Source: an uncultured Chitinophagaceae bacterium (lineage in GTDB: Bacteria; Bacteroidota; Bacteroidia; Chitinophagales; Chitinophagaceae). Taken from it: DNA of 39,727 bases. A program made the translations under genes and the position numbers. The stretch is taken from positions 1,057 to 40,783 of the forward strand of contig CAZCKF010000001.1 in assembly GCA_964499155.1 (NCBI GenBank). Reading direction: 5' to 3'. Positions 31,658-39,727 of the stretch are shown in pieces. Position 1 is the stretch's first letter; the number at the start of each line of letters is the position of its first letter. The notes under the pieces are model-generated. The model searched no databases. It was not told the origin of the DNA and saw nothing but the letters and a program-made list of their open reading frames with translations.

Positions 31658-32157
31658 GTGATTAGAAACCTCCCATCTTCATCAACTATAAAAACGTGAG
31701 TGTTATCAATGTCTGGTTTAGGTTCTACAATTACAACTGTAAATTTCGCTCCTACAAACCTTGCTCCCTCTTTTCCCTGTAGTGCTTTAACCGGATTATA
31801 ATTGTTGCACTCTTTGTAATAGATATAATAAGATCTTTCTCCATGGGCGCTGATTGTTAATCTTCGGATCCCTGGTTGTGTGAGCTGCGAAATGAATGCA
31901 TTATGCTTTAACCAGAAGTCTTCTTCCGAAGAAGCGATGATACCCATCACCAGTGGAATCTCGCGGGGACCAAAGAACACCCTGGAAAGATCTACTTCGA
32001 TACCATCAGCATCCATCCAGTCATGAGTGATGCTTTCTTTTTTCGGAGGATACCGCAACAGATTGGCACTGCCCTCCTCGATCAGCATGCCGAAAGAGGT
32101 CCATAGGTCAATGCCATCTAAAAACCAATATCCTGATGCATCTGCTGCCATTTTCAA
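31654..32157 (-). CDS. Distal tail protein (Dit)-like, 167 aa
   Basis: Lies immediately downstream of the tape measure gene. The assignment rests on synteny and size. Confidence 0.5.
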   Translation of the reverse strand: MKMAADASGYWFLDGIDLWTSFGMLIEEGSANLLRYPPKKESITHDWMDADGIEVDLSRVFFGPREIPLVMGIIASSEEDFWLKHNAFISQLTQPGIRRLTISAHGERSYYIYYKECNNYNPVKALQGKEGARFVGAKFTVVIVEPKPDIDNTHVFIVDEDGRFLIT

Positions 32158-35100
32158 TTACATTTCAACGCGCAATTTTTTTAATCCAGTTTCATAGGCA
32201 TCAAATTTCGATAACAGCCTGGCAGAATTTGCTTCAATACCTTGCAATACAGTTAATGAAGATGTAGCGATCTTCAACTGGTCAAGGACTGTAAGCCTCA
32301 TTCCACCTATTTGACCTGCCAGCAAATTCCCTGTTTCCTCAGTGATACTTTTAATAGTACCGGATAGCGCATTTCCTCCATTCGTGCCAGGCTGGAAATT
32401 GACGTTTGTGATTTTTTGCAATTCTTCGAACTTTTTACCTGCATCCCCAATAATTGAATTGAAATTCTCCCGAAGTTTTCGGATCTCTTCTTCAGTAAGC
32501 ATGGATCCACTCTCAGCATCGGCCGCAAACTCATCATAAAATTTCTGCAATGGCTTCTCCAGCGCCTGGAATTTCAGTGACTGCAAAACTGCATTACGCA
32601 TAAGATCTTCGAAAGATTGAGCAAAATCAGCCGCCGATCTCTTTCCCTCGCTGAACCCCGCAACAATGGAATCGACGATGCTGTCAGCTGTAGTTCCTGT
32701 TAATGCTTCCCGGAATGCTCTTGCATTCTCAGCTAACAATGCATCGATATCGGCACCCTCCTGCTTAATTTTCTGAAGCTGAATAAAAAGTTCTTTTGCT
32801 TTACCTGTGAGCTGATCAGAAATAAATAATTTTTCCAGCTCTTCAAATGTCTTTCCGACAAGGGACTCACGAATCTCCTTTGTCCGGGTATTCAGATTAC
32901 CGGCAAGTCCTCCCAATAGTAATGTGCCGAGACCAGGGCCTTTCTTTTTTAAACCGGTAACAAAGGTTTCACCTTGCAGCTGCTTAAAAATGTCCTCGTA
33001 CTGTTTCTTTGCAATCGCAGCCTGTTCCTGCAACAGTTTTCGTTCATCCTTTAATCCATCCAATTTCAGTTTATTGAGTTTAACCTGCTCTCTGGCACGT
33101 TCGCGAAGAATTTCATTCATTTCATGTTCACCGACCATTAACCTAGTCTGGAAATCAAGGATGGCTTTCTCAGCAACTTTTTTAGATTGGATGGCTGGGC
33201 CAATGGCGGAAACAATACTTGATATAGAGGATATCACAGACCCGATGCCGGAAACATTTCCTTCGGTTGTACCCAGCTTAAAGGAGCCTATAGCACTTAC
33301 AGCAGAAGCAGCAGCATCAGTAAGCCTGGACATTGTTTCAAGGGAATCGGCGAGGTCAACATTTAGTTCTCTTACAGCTCCTGCAGCGTGGCTCATGCCA
33401 GACGCAATTTCGCCTATCTGACGAGCTGTTTTTTGTAGTTTAATATTATCAAGTGCTCCTTGGCTTGTCTCATCAAATAGATTTTGAATCTGCTCGATGT
33501 AACTAATGATGGCAGCTCTCATTTCCGGAGTGAGAGATAAATCCTTCTCCAGAATCTTTCGAAGATCATTAGCCCTTGTTTTCAATTGAGCCCTGGAGAA
33601 ACCAATAATATCTTCATTTAGCTTCCTATATAAATCGCTTTGACGCAACAGATGATTATCCAGCTCCTTCAATTCATCAGCACGATTTTGCTGCAATAAT
33701 TTTTTACGTGCGTCGAAATCTGGAAGACCACGGTTATTATCAAGAGTTTTTTCAAGAGCGTTATACTTTTTATTGATGGCAGCCCTTGCTACATTATAGG
33801 TTTGTGTTTCTTCTAAAAGCTGAGCGTATTGTTCGGCTTGGAGAGCTACTTCTCTTTCCCGTTTTTCTTTTTCTGCTTTTAAATATGCATCACTGATATC
33901 CAGCCTTTTTTGGTCAGCAGCTTTTGAGCGATCATCCTGAAGTTTTTCTATTTCCAAATGAAGGAAATCAAGATAATCAATGGCGGCGCCAGTTTCAGAG
34001 CCCATCAATTTCTGCGCTTGCTCTATTCCAAATTGTAATTTGTATTCCTCGAACCGGTCGAACACTGCTTTTTGATCATCTATCCCCTTTTTAAAAATCT
34101 CCAGTTCCTGTTTCACTCTTTCATTGCCCAGCTGGATGGTCCTGGCGGCTTCAATACGTTTGAAATCTGATTCTCCTGCTTTTAGTTCCCTAGCTTTGTT
34201 TCGAAGATCATCGTATCTCTCGTTAATCCGATCGAGTGCAGATTCTTCTTTAAGTAGTCCTGACCGGTTAGCATCAATTTCAGCCTCGGTTATTAATTCT
34301 CTGAGTCGCTGCAATTCTTCCAGACGTTCATTAGTTTCCCTGGCGAAGGCTTTGTCTGCTTTTTTATCTCCAGCAATGGCAGCTCGCTCTTTCTCTAATT
34401 TATTAATCTGTTTATCATAGTTTATTCTTTTTTCTGCAGTATCGGACCTGGTCCGCTGCTCTTCGCGAAGCACTTTTATTTCTTCATCGATAACAGCGAT
34501 GGTCCGAAGTGTTGCGCCCTGTTTTTTTGGCTCTCCAATTAATTTACTTTTCAGTTCGTCACCATAAGTATTTTTTACTTTTTCAATCGTCTGCCCATAC
34601 TCTTCTACTGCAGAGACGGCTGCTTTATACCGGGCATGTTCCAATGCTGCATCACGACTTGATATTAGTGGTAACTTATCAGCTCCTCTTCCCTGTAACC
34701 TCAATACTTCAGTTTGAGCTTTTCTTTGTTCTGTAGCAAGGCGAGCAATTTCATTTTCAGCTGCAGTTGCTAAAGCGCGTCGATCAAGGGCTTTTATATA
34801 TTCATCGATAGCAGCAGTTGCTTTACCTGTTCTAATTTCTTCCTGCGTAATATTAGCCAAGTATTCTGGTGAAAGGGAGTTGATCTTCCGCATTGCTGCT
34901 TCCTTGTCAGCTTTCGATGCAGTTTCATCTTTAACGATGGCGATCAGTTGTTGAAGGGTTTGCTTTTCTTTTTCTGTTGCTTCTGCAGCTTCATCGGTAA
35001 TATCAGCGAGTGTTTTTTGTTGCTTCTCTGCAAGGGAAACCTCTCTGCCAAATATTTTAAATGCCGCAATTAGTCCAACAAGTGCCGAAGCAACTAATGC

Positions 35101-36138
35101 AAAAGGGTTTGCCAGAAGAGTCTTGTTAAGTAAGTCATTCGCTCGAGCGGCAATTGTGGCAGCAGTTGCTTGCAATGTTTGAGTTATTGAAAGGCTCCTG
35201 GTAGCAACATCATAAACCTTTGTAAGGGCAGTACTGGCAATTAAAGCAGCTTTATAAGTCCCATATGTTAACACGAGAACCTTCAATATATCCAGAACCT
35301 TCTGATAATTCTTAACGAGAGAGGTAGCTACTGAAATTGCTCCGGAAAATGTACCCTCCTGGGATTTACCGATATCATTAAGCATTAACTGCCATGCATC
35401 TTTGAGGTTACTGATCTGACCGGTCAGCGTTTTAGATTGCTCCTCCATCAAATTAAAGAACAATCCTCCCTGACTGGTCATGGATTTGAACGCTCTTTCA
35501 ACTTCTGGAAATCCAACTTTACCAGCTTCTACCATCCCGAAAATTTCGCTTTCAGCAACACCAAATTGTTTTGCAAGCTCTGCTATGATCGGGATACCGC
35601 GGGAAGTAAATTGTGTGATATCTTTTGTAAATGCTCGTCCTTGCGTTTTTAATGTCCCGAATAAATAAACGATATCGCCAAGAGGAGCTCCGACACCAGC
35701 CGAGACATTGCCAAGAACTTTCAACGTATCAGTTACCTCATCGACCGAGAATGAATAGGCCAACAACTGTTTAGCACCGGTGGCTACTTCCTGTAATGTA
35801 AAAGGAGTCTTGATAGCAAGAGCCACTTGTTCAGCCAAAAGTTTATCTGCTTCCGCCTTACTGCCAAGCATCACGCGAAAGGCCACCTCTAACTGTTGAA
35901 ACTCGCCACGTACCCGAATAATATCACTGATGAAATTGCCGGCAGCACTAAAAGTGGCGTAGGAAGCAAGTGCTGCAGTTGCCGTCCGTACCAGACCATT
36001 GATTGATTTGGATTCTCTTTCTGCAGTAGCTGTCAATCCTTTCAGGGACCGTTCAATGGCATCGATCTGCGCCCGAAATTGAGCATTGTTAATTACGGCA
36101 TCAAACTCAAGCGGACCACCATTTACATTAACGGCCAT
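32158..36138 (-). CDS. Tail tape measure protein, 1326 aa
   Basis: Supported by size, position, extended coiled coil, and the conserved N-terminal TMP block (LGDIVYLFGTLKTQGRAFTKDITQFTSRGIPIIAELAKQFGV). Confidence 0.9.
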   Translation of the reverse strand: MAVNVNGGPLEFDAVINNAQFRAQIDAIERSLKGLTATAERESKSINGLVRTATAALASYATFSAAGNFISDIIRVRGEFQQLEVAFRVMLGSKAEADKLLAEQVALAIKTPFTLQEVATGAKQLLAYSFSVDEVTDTLKVLGNVSAGVGAPLGDIVYLFGTLKTQGRAFTKDITQFTSRGIPIIAELAKQFGVAESEIFGMVEAGKVGFPEVERAFKSMTSQGGLFFNLMEEQSKTLTGQISNLKDAWQLMLNDIGKSQEGTFSGAISVATSLVKNYQKVLDILKVLVLTYGTYKAALIASTALTKVYDVATRSLSITQTLQATAATIAARANDLLNKTLLANPFALVASALVGLIAAFKIFGREVSLAEKQQKTLADITDEAAEATEKEKQTLQQLIAIVKDETASKADKEAAMRKINSLSPEYLANITQEEIRTGKATAAIDEYIKALDRRALATAAENEIARLATEQRKAQTEVLRLQGRGADKLPLISSRDAALEHARYKAAVSAVEEYGQTIEKVKNTYGDELKSKLIGEPKKQGATLRTIAVIDEEIKVLREEQRTRSDTAEKRINYDKQINKLEKERAAIAGDKKADKAFARETNERLEELQRLRELITEAEIDANRSGLLKEESALDRINERYDDLRNKARELKAGESDFKRIEAARTIQLGNERVKQELEIFKKGIDDQKAVFDRFEEYKLQFGIEQAQKLMGSETGAAIDYLDFLHLEIEKLQDDRSKAADQKRLDISDAYLKAEKEKREREVALQAEQYAQLLEETQTYNVARAAINKKYNALEKTLDNNRGLPDFDARKKLLQQNRADELKELDNHLLRQSDLYRKLNEDIIGFSRAQLKTRANDLRKILEKDLSLTPEMRAAIISYIEQIQNLFDETSQGALDNIKLQKTARQIGEIASGMSHAAGAVRELNVDLADSLETMSRLTDAAASAVSAIGSFKLGTTEGNVSGIGSVISSISSIVSAIGPAIQSKKVAEKAILDFQTRLMVGEHEMNEILRERAREQVKLNKLKLDGLKDERKLLQEQAAIAKKQYEDIFKQLQGETFVTGLKKKGPGLGTLLLGGLAGNLNTRTKEIRESLVGKTFEELEKLFISDQLTGKAKELFIQLQKIKQEGADIDALLAENARAFREALTGTTADSIVDSIVAGFSEGKRSAADFAQSFEDLMRNAVLQSLKFQALEKPLQKFYDEFAADAESGSMLTEEEIRKLRENFNSIIGDAGKKFEELQKITNVNFQPGTNGGNALSGTIKSITEETGNLLAGQIGGMRLTVLDQLKIATSSLTVLQGIEANSARLLSKFDAYETGLKKLRVEM

Positions 36139-36140
36139 AT

Positions 36141-36494
36141 TTATAAATCTAATAGATGAGCTAATTCATCAACCCCTTCAGCTTTAATTCCCTTTTTATT
36201 TTTTTCAGGCTTTCCTTCATCGTCATACTTCGGTATTGTTGCGAGAAGCATATTCAAATTTGCAAAACTGATTTCCCAGAAAACAAAATCCCAGGAGAAT
36301 CGGTAATACTTTATGATGCCGCCGATAAAATACCAGGGGCTATCCGACTCCCCTGCTCCTCCGGATTCACCTCGCCAGCGGGTTCCAGAATCGTCAGCCC
36401 GCGGATCGAGATTATAGAAGTCATAAAACCTGAAACATTCATCTGCTTGATAACAATGGAAATTACACCTACGAGCTCCGTAGAAGTAAAGTTG
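36141..36494 (-). CDS. -1 frame extension of the tail assembly chaperone (gpT-like part of a G/GT frameshift pair)
   Basis: The minus-strand -1 frame relative to 36311..36856 is open from 36494 to the TAA at 36143-36141, two bases before the tape measure ATG. It encodes ...WYFIGGIIKYYRFSWDFVFWEISFANLNMLLATIPKYDDEGKPEKNKKGIKAEGVDELAHLLDL and has no upstream start codon of its own. Confidence 0.55.
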   Translation of the reverse strand, partial: QLYFYGARRCNFHCYQADECFRFYDFYNLDPRADDSGTRWRGESGGAGESDSPWYFIGGIIKYYRFSWDFVFWEISFANLNMLLATIPKYDDEGKPEKNKKGIKAEGVDELAHLLDL

Positions 36495-36856
36495 TTACAG
36501 ATAAATTCAATCAACCGTCTGGAAGGCTTATCCTTGCGATTAGTAATAGATATTGCGACCACTTCAGCCAGCTTTTCGGAATGCTGATCCATTGCCTGGT
36601 AACTTCCTTCAAGAAAGTTTACACCACTATCAAGGATCTTTTTAATATCAATTTCCAGCAGGATCCGTGATATCCGCATGAGATTCCCAAGTGTAATCGG
36701 CCGAAGCGTAAAGACCCTTTTTTTGTCTCTAACGCCCCATTTTTGCAAAAGCTTGTGTAACCACCCTTGAGGTATTACATCAACCTCCATGGTTATTGGC
36801 TGCGCAAGCGTTGCGTCTGCCACAGTCGATAAAGTTTCTTTGAAGTTTGTTTCCAT
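36311..36856 (-). CDS. Tail assembly chaperone (gpG-like), 181 aa
   Basis: Assigned from its position between the major tail and tape measure genes. Confidence 0.65.
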   Translation of the reverse strand: METNFKETLSTVADATLAQPITMEVDVIPQGWLHKLLQKWGVRDKKRVFTLRPITLGNLMRISRILLEIDIKKILDSGVNFLEGSYQAMDQHSEKLAEVVAISITNRKDKPSRRLIEFICNNFTSTELVGVISIVIKQMNVSGFMTSIISIRGLTILEPAGEVNPEEQGSRIAPGILSAAS

Positions 36857-36861
36857 ATATT

Positions 36862-36886
36862 AAAAAAAGCCCCTTTGTCCAGGGGC
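36862..36886 (-). terminator. Intrinsic terminator after the major tail gene
   Basis: Minus strand: GCCCCT-GGACAA-AGGGGC followed by TTTTTTTA. Confidence 0.7.
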
Positions 36887-36914
36887 CTTGGTTTTATATA
36901 AATGATATTGTTCT

Positions 36915-37415
36915 TTAAGCGTATGTGATAGTGATTCTTTTTTCCCCGGCCTTAGTAGGTTGCAAAATTGTCGCTACCAGGTCGATCTGGCCGAGTTTTG
37001 TTTTTGTAAATGAAAGACTCAGTTTCGGGCGAACTTTTACTCTTGGCAATTCTAGCACATGACCTTTTTTGTCTGTAACCTTCAGAGAAACTTCAACATC
37101 AGGGAACGCATCGGGAGCCTGCCACTTCACAGGAGGACCGGTAACCTTAGTACCTCCAAAGAATTTTACCAGCTGATCGGCATCAACATTATAGCTGCTC
37201 CATGCAAGAGTTACGGTACCAGGAGTTGTAACAACAGATTCAATTGGCGAGTCAGACTCTTCAATCGGGAAATCTGTTACTGTAGGTTCTTCGGTTGTTA
37301 GTGCAGCAGTTTCAGATACTGTTTCGCCAACGGCTGCCAGCGACGTACCCATTCCACCATCACCGGCTATGGCACCCATTTCTACGCTCGCCAATCCAAA
37401 AGTATGTTTTGCCAT
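36915..37415 (-). CDS. Major tail protein, 166 aa
   Basis: Assigned from position, size and the terminator that follows it. Confidence 0.7.
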   Translation of the reverse strand: MAKHTFGLASVEMGAIAGDGGMGTSLAAVGETVSETAALTTEEPTVTDFPIEESDSPIESVVTTPGTVTLAWSSYNVDADQLVKFFGGTKVTGPPVKWQAPDAFPDVEVSLKVTDKKGHVLELPRVKVRPKLSLSFTKTKLGQIDLVATILQPTKAGEKRITITYA

Positions 37416-37421
37416 CTGTAG

Positions 37422-37841
37422 TTAATTTGAAATGTTTATATTATAAAAATCAAGTCGAATATTTATGTAATGATCCTTTGTATCAGGATCCTGAATCAGC
37501 AATTGCTGTTGAACATCGAAATTGTAATCACCTGACCAAGTATTTTTTAGCGCGGTGATTGCTATAGCGGCCAGCGCTTTCAGCCTTGGGAAATTCGGCA
37601 TTGCCTGATTTTGCAATTCACCATAATTCTGAGCCAGGTTCGGAACAAACACATTCACATTCACGACCGATTGTTGCAGCTGCAGGTTATTAATTCCCAG
37701 CGTATTGATCACCACATCTTCCGTCGTACTATTTAATGGTCGCTCCTGGTCCTTATAAATTTTTCCCGTTATGGATGAAGCCAAAGAACTATTTTTTATC
37801 TTCTGATAAATGATGTCTGTAAGGTCAAATGTTGTGATCAT
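37422..37841 (-). CDS. Tail terminator / neck protein (DUF3168/gpU-like)
   Basis: Assigned from synteny and size. Confidence 0.5.
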   Translation of the reverse strand: MITTFDLTDIIYQKIKNSSLASSITGKIYKDQERPLNSTTEDVVINTLGINNLQLQQSVVNVNVFVPNLAQNYGELQNQAMPNFPRLKALAAIAITALKNTWSGDYNFDVQQQLLIQDPDTKDHYINIRLDFYNINISN

Positions 37842-38296
37842 AGCGTCCTCGCAATATTTCTTGCCAGCTGTCCTATTGCTTCCTTCAGTTCCGCTTCTGC
37901 CAGGTGACTTGAGGCAGTGATCACATCGCGTCCTTTCGATTCAACAGCTGCTGCGTAATCCATTCCTGCCACACATATAAGAACATAGCCCTGTTGAAAC
38001 TTACCCTTCACTTCATCAATCACATTTCTTGCAGTCGGCGGGCCATCTTTTCCTTTGCCAACCTGCCTGAAATTTTGACTTTGCTGAACACCATTTTTAA
38101 GAACTACATATCCAATTGATGATCTTAGGTTTCCCGTCCGATCATTATATGTTCCATTGTCGCGGGCATTTTTTACAAAATTTTCTCCTGCCCTTTTCAA
38201 CCTAAGGATGATCGCTTTTTCAATTCGCTCCACCCGCACTTTCATTATTTCAACGATCTGCTCTTTCGTAAACTTAGGCTTCAGACTTACAGCCAT
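37838..38296 (-). CDS. HK97 gp10-like tail-completion/neck protein
   Basis: ERIEKAIILRLKRAGENFVKNARDNGTYNDRTGNLRSSIGY fits the HK97-gp10 family pattern. Confidence 0.6.
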   Translation of the reverse strand: MAVSLKPKFTKEQIVEIMKVRVERIEKAIILRLKRAGENFVKNARDNGTYNDRTGNLRSSIGYVVLKNGVQQSQNFRQVGKGKDGPPTARNVIDEVKGKFQQGYVLICVAGMDYAAAVESKGRDVITASSHLAEAELKEAIGQLARNIARTL

Positions 38297-38607
38297 GCTC
38301 TTGCATTTAACTGGGCTTTATTCACACGCTTCACGGAATCGGAAACTTTCAGCTCATTATTTTCATCAAACACTTCCACTTTGCTTCCTATCTGGATTGG
38401 TGGAATTGGCAATGGCATATAAAGGATCCAGTCGTAGTTTATTTTGGAACCACCTTGTCCGGTGATAAATCCATTACCACTTGATGGCTCTGCTCGACAG
38501 CTATGTTCTTCTGTAGAGATTAGCCCGGGTGTCCAATTACCATTACCATCCTGGGTGCTATTGTCAACGATTGAAAAAACAGCTCTATGAGGATACTGCT
38601 TTACCAT
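38287..38607 (-). CDS. Head-tail adaptor / head-closure protein
   Basis: Assigned from synteny and size (106 aa), with a beta-rich composition. Confidence 0.55.
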   Translation of the reverse strand: MVKQYPHRAVFSIVDNSTQDGNGNWTPGLISTEEHSCRAEPSSGNGFITGQGGSKINYDWILYMPLPIPPIQIGSKVEVFDENNELKVSDSVKRVNKAQLNARAWL

Positions 38608-38906
38608 ACTGCTTTGCTGGATATTGTGGGCTGACCTTTAGCAACAAGACCGTGCTTGGATGATAAATAATAGAGTCTTGATTCAATCGATTTGCGATCA
38701 TACTTTATTGAAAAGCCCCCTTCACTCACATCGGCCACTGATAGTAACCCTTCCAAAACAGCTATTGCAGCCAGGTCGATTTCAGTTGCATCATCTGCAG
38801 TGTATGCATCAGCGCCGGTAATATCCTGATCAAGCAATGCTTTTTCAAGAGTATTATCCGGAACAGTCACTTGTAGAACTGCCGATAATGCTTCCTTTTT
38901 CGTCAT
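38601..38906 (-). CDS. Head-tail connector (gp6-like) protein
   Basis: Assigned from its position directly after the capsid gene. It is a 101-aa acidic helical protein. Confidence 0.5.
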   Translation of the reverse strand: MTKKEALSAVLQVTVPDNTLEKALLDQDITGADAYTADDATEIDLAAIAVLEGLLSVADVSEGGFSIKYDRKSIESRLYYLSSKHGLVAKGQPTISSKAVW

Positions 38907-38919
38907 GGTTCAAAGAACT

Positions 38920-39727
38920 TTAGAACGCTATTGTACGAGACAACAGGTATATTCCGTCAATTGAATCCAAGCCAGGCATTGCGTTGAGTTCAACCTTTGT
39001 GAATTCCTGCCATGGATCATTATCTCCCCATTTTGAAATAAGTGCTTTATTGAATTTTGCATAACTGATCTGCTGAAGAGGTTTCAGGTCTTCAATAGCA
39101 AATGCATTATGAATGGTGCCAAGTTTTCCAGCTGGTACAAAAACAATATTTGTATCCTCGAATGGACTGATCGTTGAAATCACACCATCTTTTTCAATAC
39201 CGATAGTGTGGTCAACTATTTCAATTGGTGGAAGATTTTGTTTCCTCAGGTAATCATTGGCAGTTTCCATTGTAGGAATCAGTCTATTATTTCCGGTACG
39301 GCCAAGGAAAGCACTGTATTGATCAAGAACCTGTGTGGTTGCAATGAATGCATACCATGAATTCCAGGTCATAAGAATTCTGCCAAAAGAAATTCCGCGT
39401 GCGCGGGCTGCATTTACGATCCCCTGGATATCTGTTATCGGTTTTGCCGTGGTAGGAGATCCTGTCCAGTTGACTGCAGCATTCACTTTATTGCCTGCCG
39501 GCATTAACAGGTCCAGTGGATTTGCAAGAACAATACCATCTGGGTTATTGGTAACGGTGAGACTGATCTTGCCCGTGCTCACTGCTTCCAAAGACATGAT
39601 GTCAATTCTTTTCATTGCTGCATCACCAACCTTTTTCACATCATCGAAAATCAGGTCAAGAATCTGCTGCTTTTTCACCTGGTCGCCGATAGGCATATTT
39701 TGTAACACCAGGTATTCCCTCATTAGT
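38920..39727 (-). CDS. Major capsid protein, lambda gpE family (5' end beyond the window)
   Basis: DIMSLEAVSTGKISLT aligns with lambda gpE EEMQAVSAVLKGKYTMT, and the C-terminus DPWQEFTKVELNAMPGL aligns with DPAREFTMIQSAPLML. The frame is still open at 39727, and about 80-100 N-terminal residues appear to be missing. Confidence 0.8.
   Translation of the reverse strand, partial: LMREYLVLQNMPIGDQVKKQQILDLIFDDVKKVGDAAMKRIDIMSLEAVSTGKISLTVTNNPDGIVLANPLDLLMPAGNKVNAAVNWTGSPTTAKPITDIQGIVNAARARGISFGRILMTWNSWYAFIATTQVLDQYSAFLGRTGNNRLIPTMETANDYLRKQNLPPIEIVDHTIGIEKDGVISTISPFEDTNIVFVPAGKLGTIHNAFAIEDLKPLQQISYAKFNKALISKWGDNDPWQEFTKVELNAMPGLDSIDGIYLLSRTIAF

Larger units (their letters stand above)
1..39727. 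mobile_element. Temperate siphovirus-like phage genome segment (structural, lysis, lysogeny, recombination and DGR modules)
   Basis: Collinear minus-strand modules: capsid, neck, tail, tape measure, fibres, lysis, integrase, immunity switch, RecT/exonuclease. Genes are densely packed with many ATGA/TGATG overlaps. Confidence 0.85.

Noticed and set aside
32924-33421. Plus-strand ORFs inside the tape measure and giant fibre genes (for example 32924..33421, 34124..34420, 27345..27785, 28181..28648, 22336..22765)
   Set aside because: They are Ser/Pro/Leu-rich antisense shadows of long, well-supported minus-strand genes.

Overview
This is a 39.7-kb segment of a temperate, siphovirus-like phage, transcribed almost entirely on the minus strand. 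The host is probably Bacteroidota; that is an inference from the integrase architecture, the lipobox and AQ-type signal peptides and the AT-leaning composition. No database search was run.

Gene order from right to left:
- Head and neck: lambda-gpE-like major capsid (5' end cut by the window) and head-tail joining genes.
- Tail: major tail protein with a strong terminator, a tail chaperone with a -1 frame extension, and a 1326-aa tape measure.
- Tail tip and fibres: Dit-like protein, an unexpected ClpP-like protease, a Tal-like hub and a collar-domain tail fibre.
- Two giant beta-helix/esterase/PKD proteins (1400 and about 1500 aa) that carry Sec-type signal peptides.
- Lysis region: a stand-alone REC (CheY-like) protein, then a membrane/lysis cassette ending in a GH19 endolysin.
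- Accessory region: a plus-strand HNH gene and small accessory genes.
- Lysogeny: attP-like direct repeats with a tyrosine integrase, lipoprotein morons, and a divergent HTH immunity switch.
- A roughly 440-bp C-rich/G-poor five-unit non-coding array.
- A tightly coupled Xis-like operon ending in tRNA-Met(CAT).
- Early genes: a RecT / coiled-coil / PD-(D/E)XK recombination module and a HerA/FtsK-like ATPase.

The most important signal is at the far left: a diversity-generating retroelement (DGR).
- A 76-nt non-coding template repeat (368-443) matches segments of two tandem paralogous small genes (VR1 561-636, VR2 958-1032).
- Every mismatch falls on a template adenine.
- The N-terminus of a DGR-type reverse transcriptase (1-263, minus strand) runs off the window edge. 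It lies in a frame that the supplied ORF track does not report.

Phage modules lie on both sides of the integrase and attP-like region, so the window shows an unsplit (non-integrated or circular) gene order.
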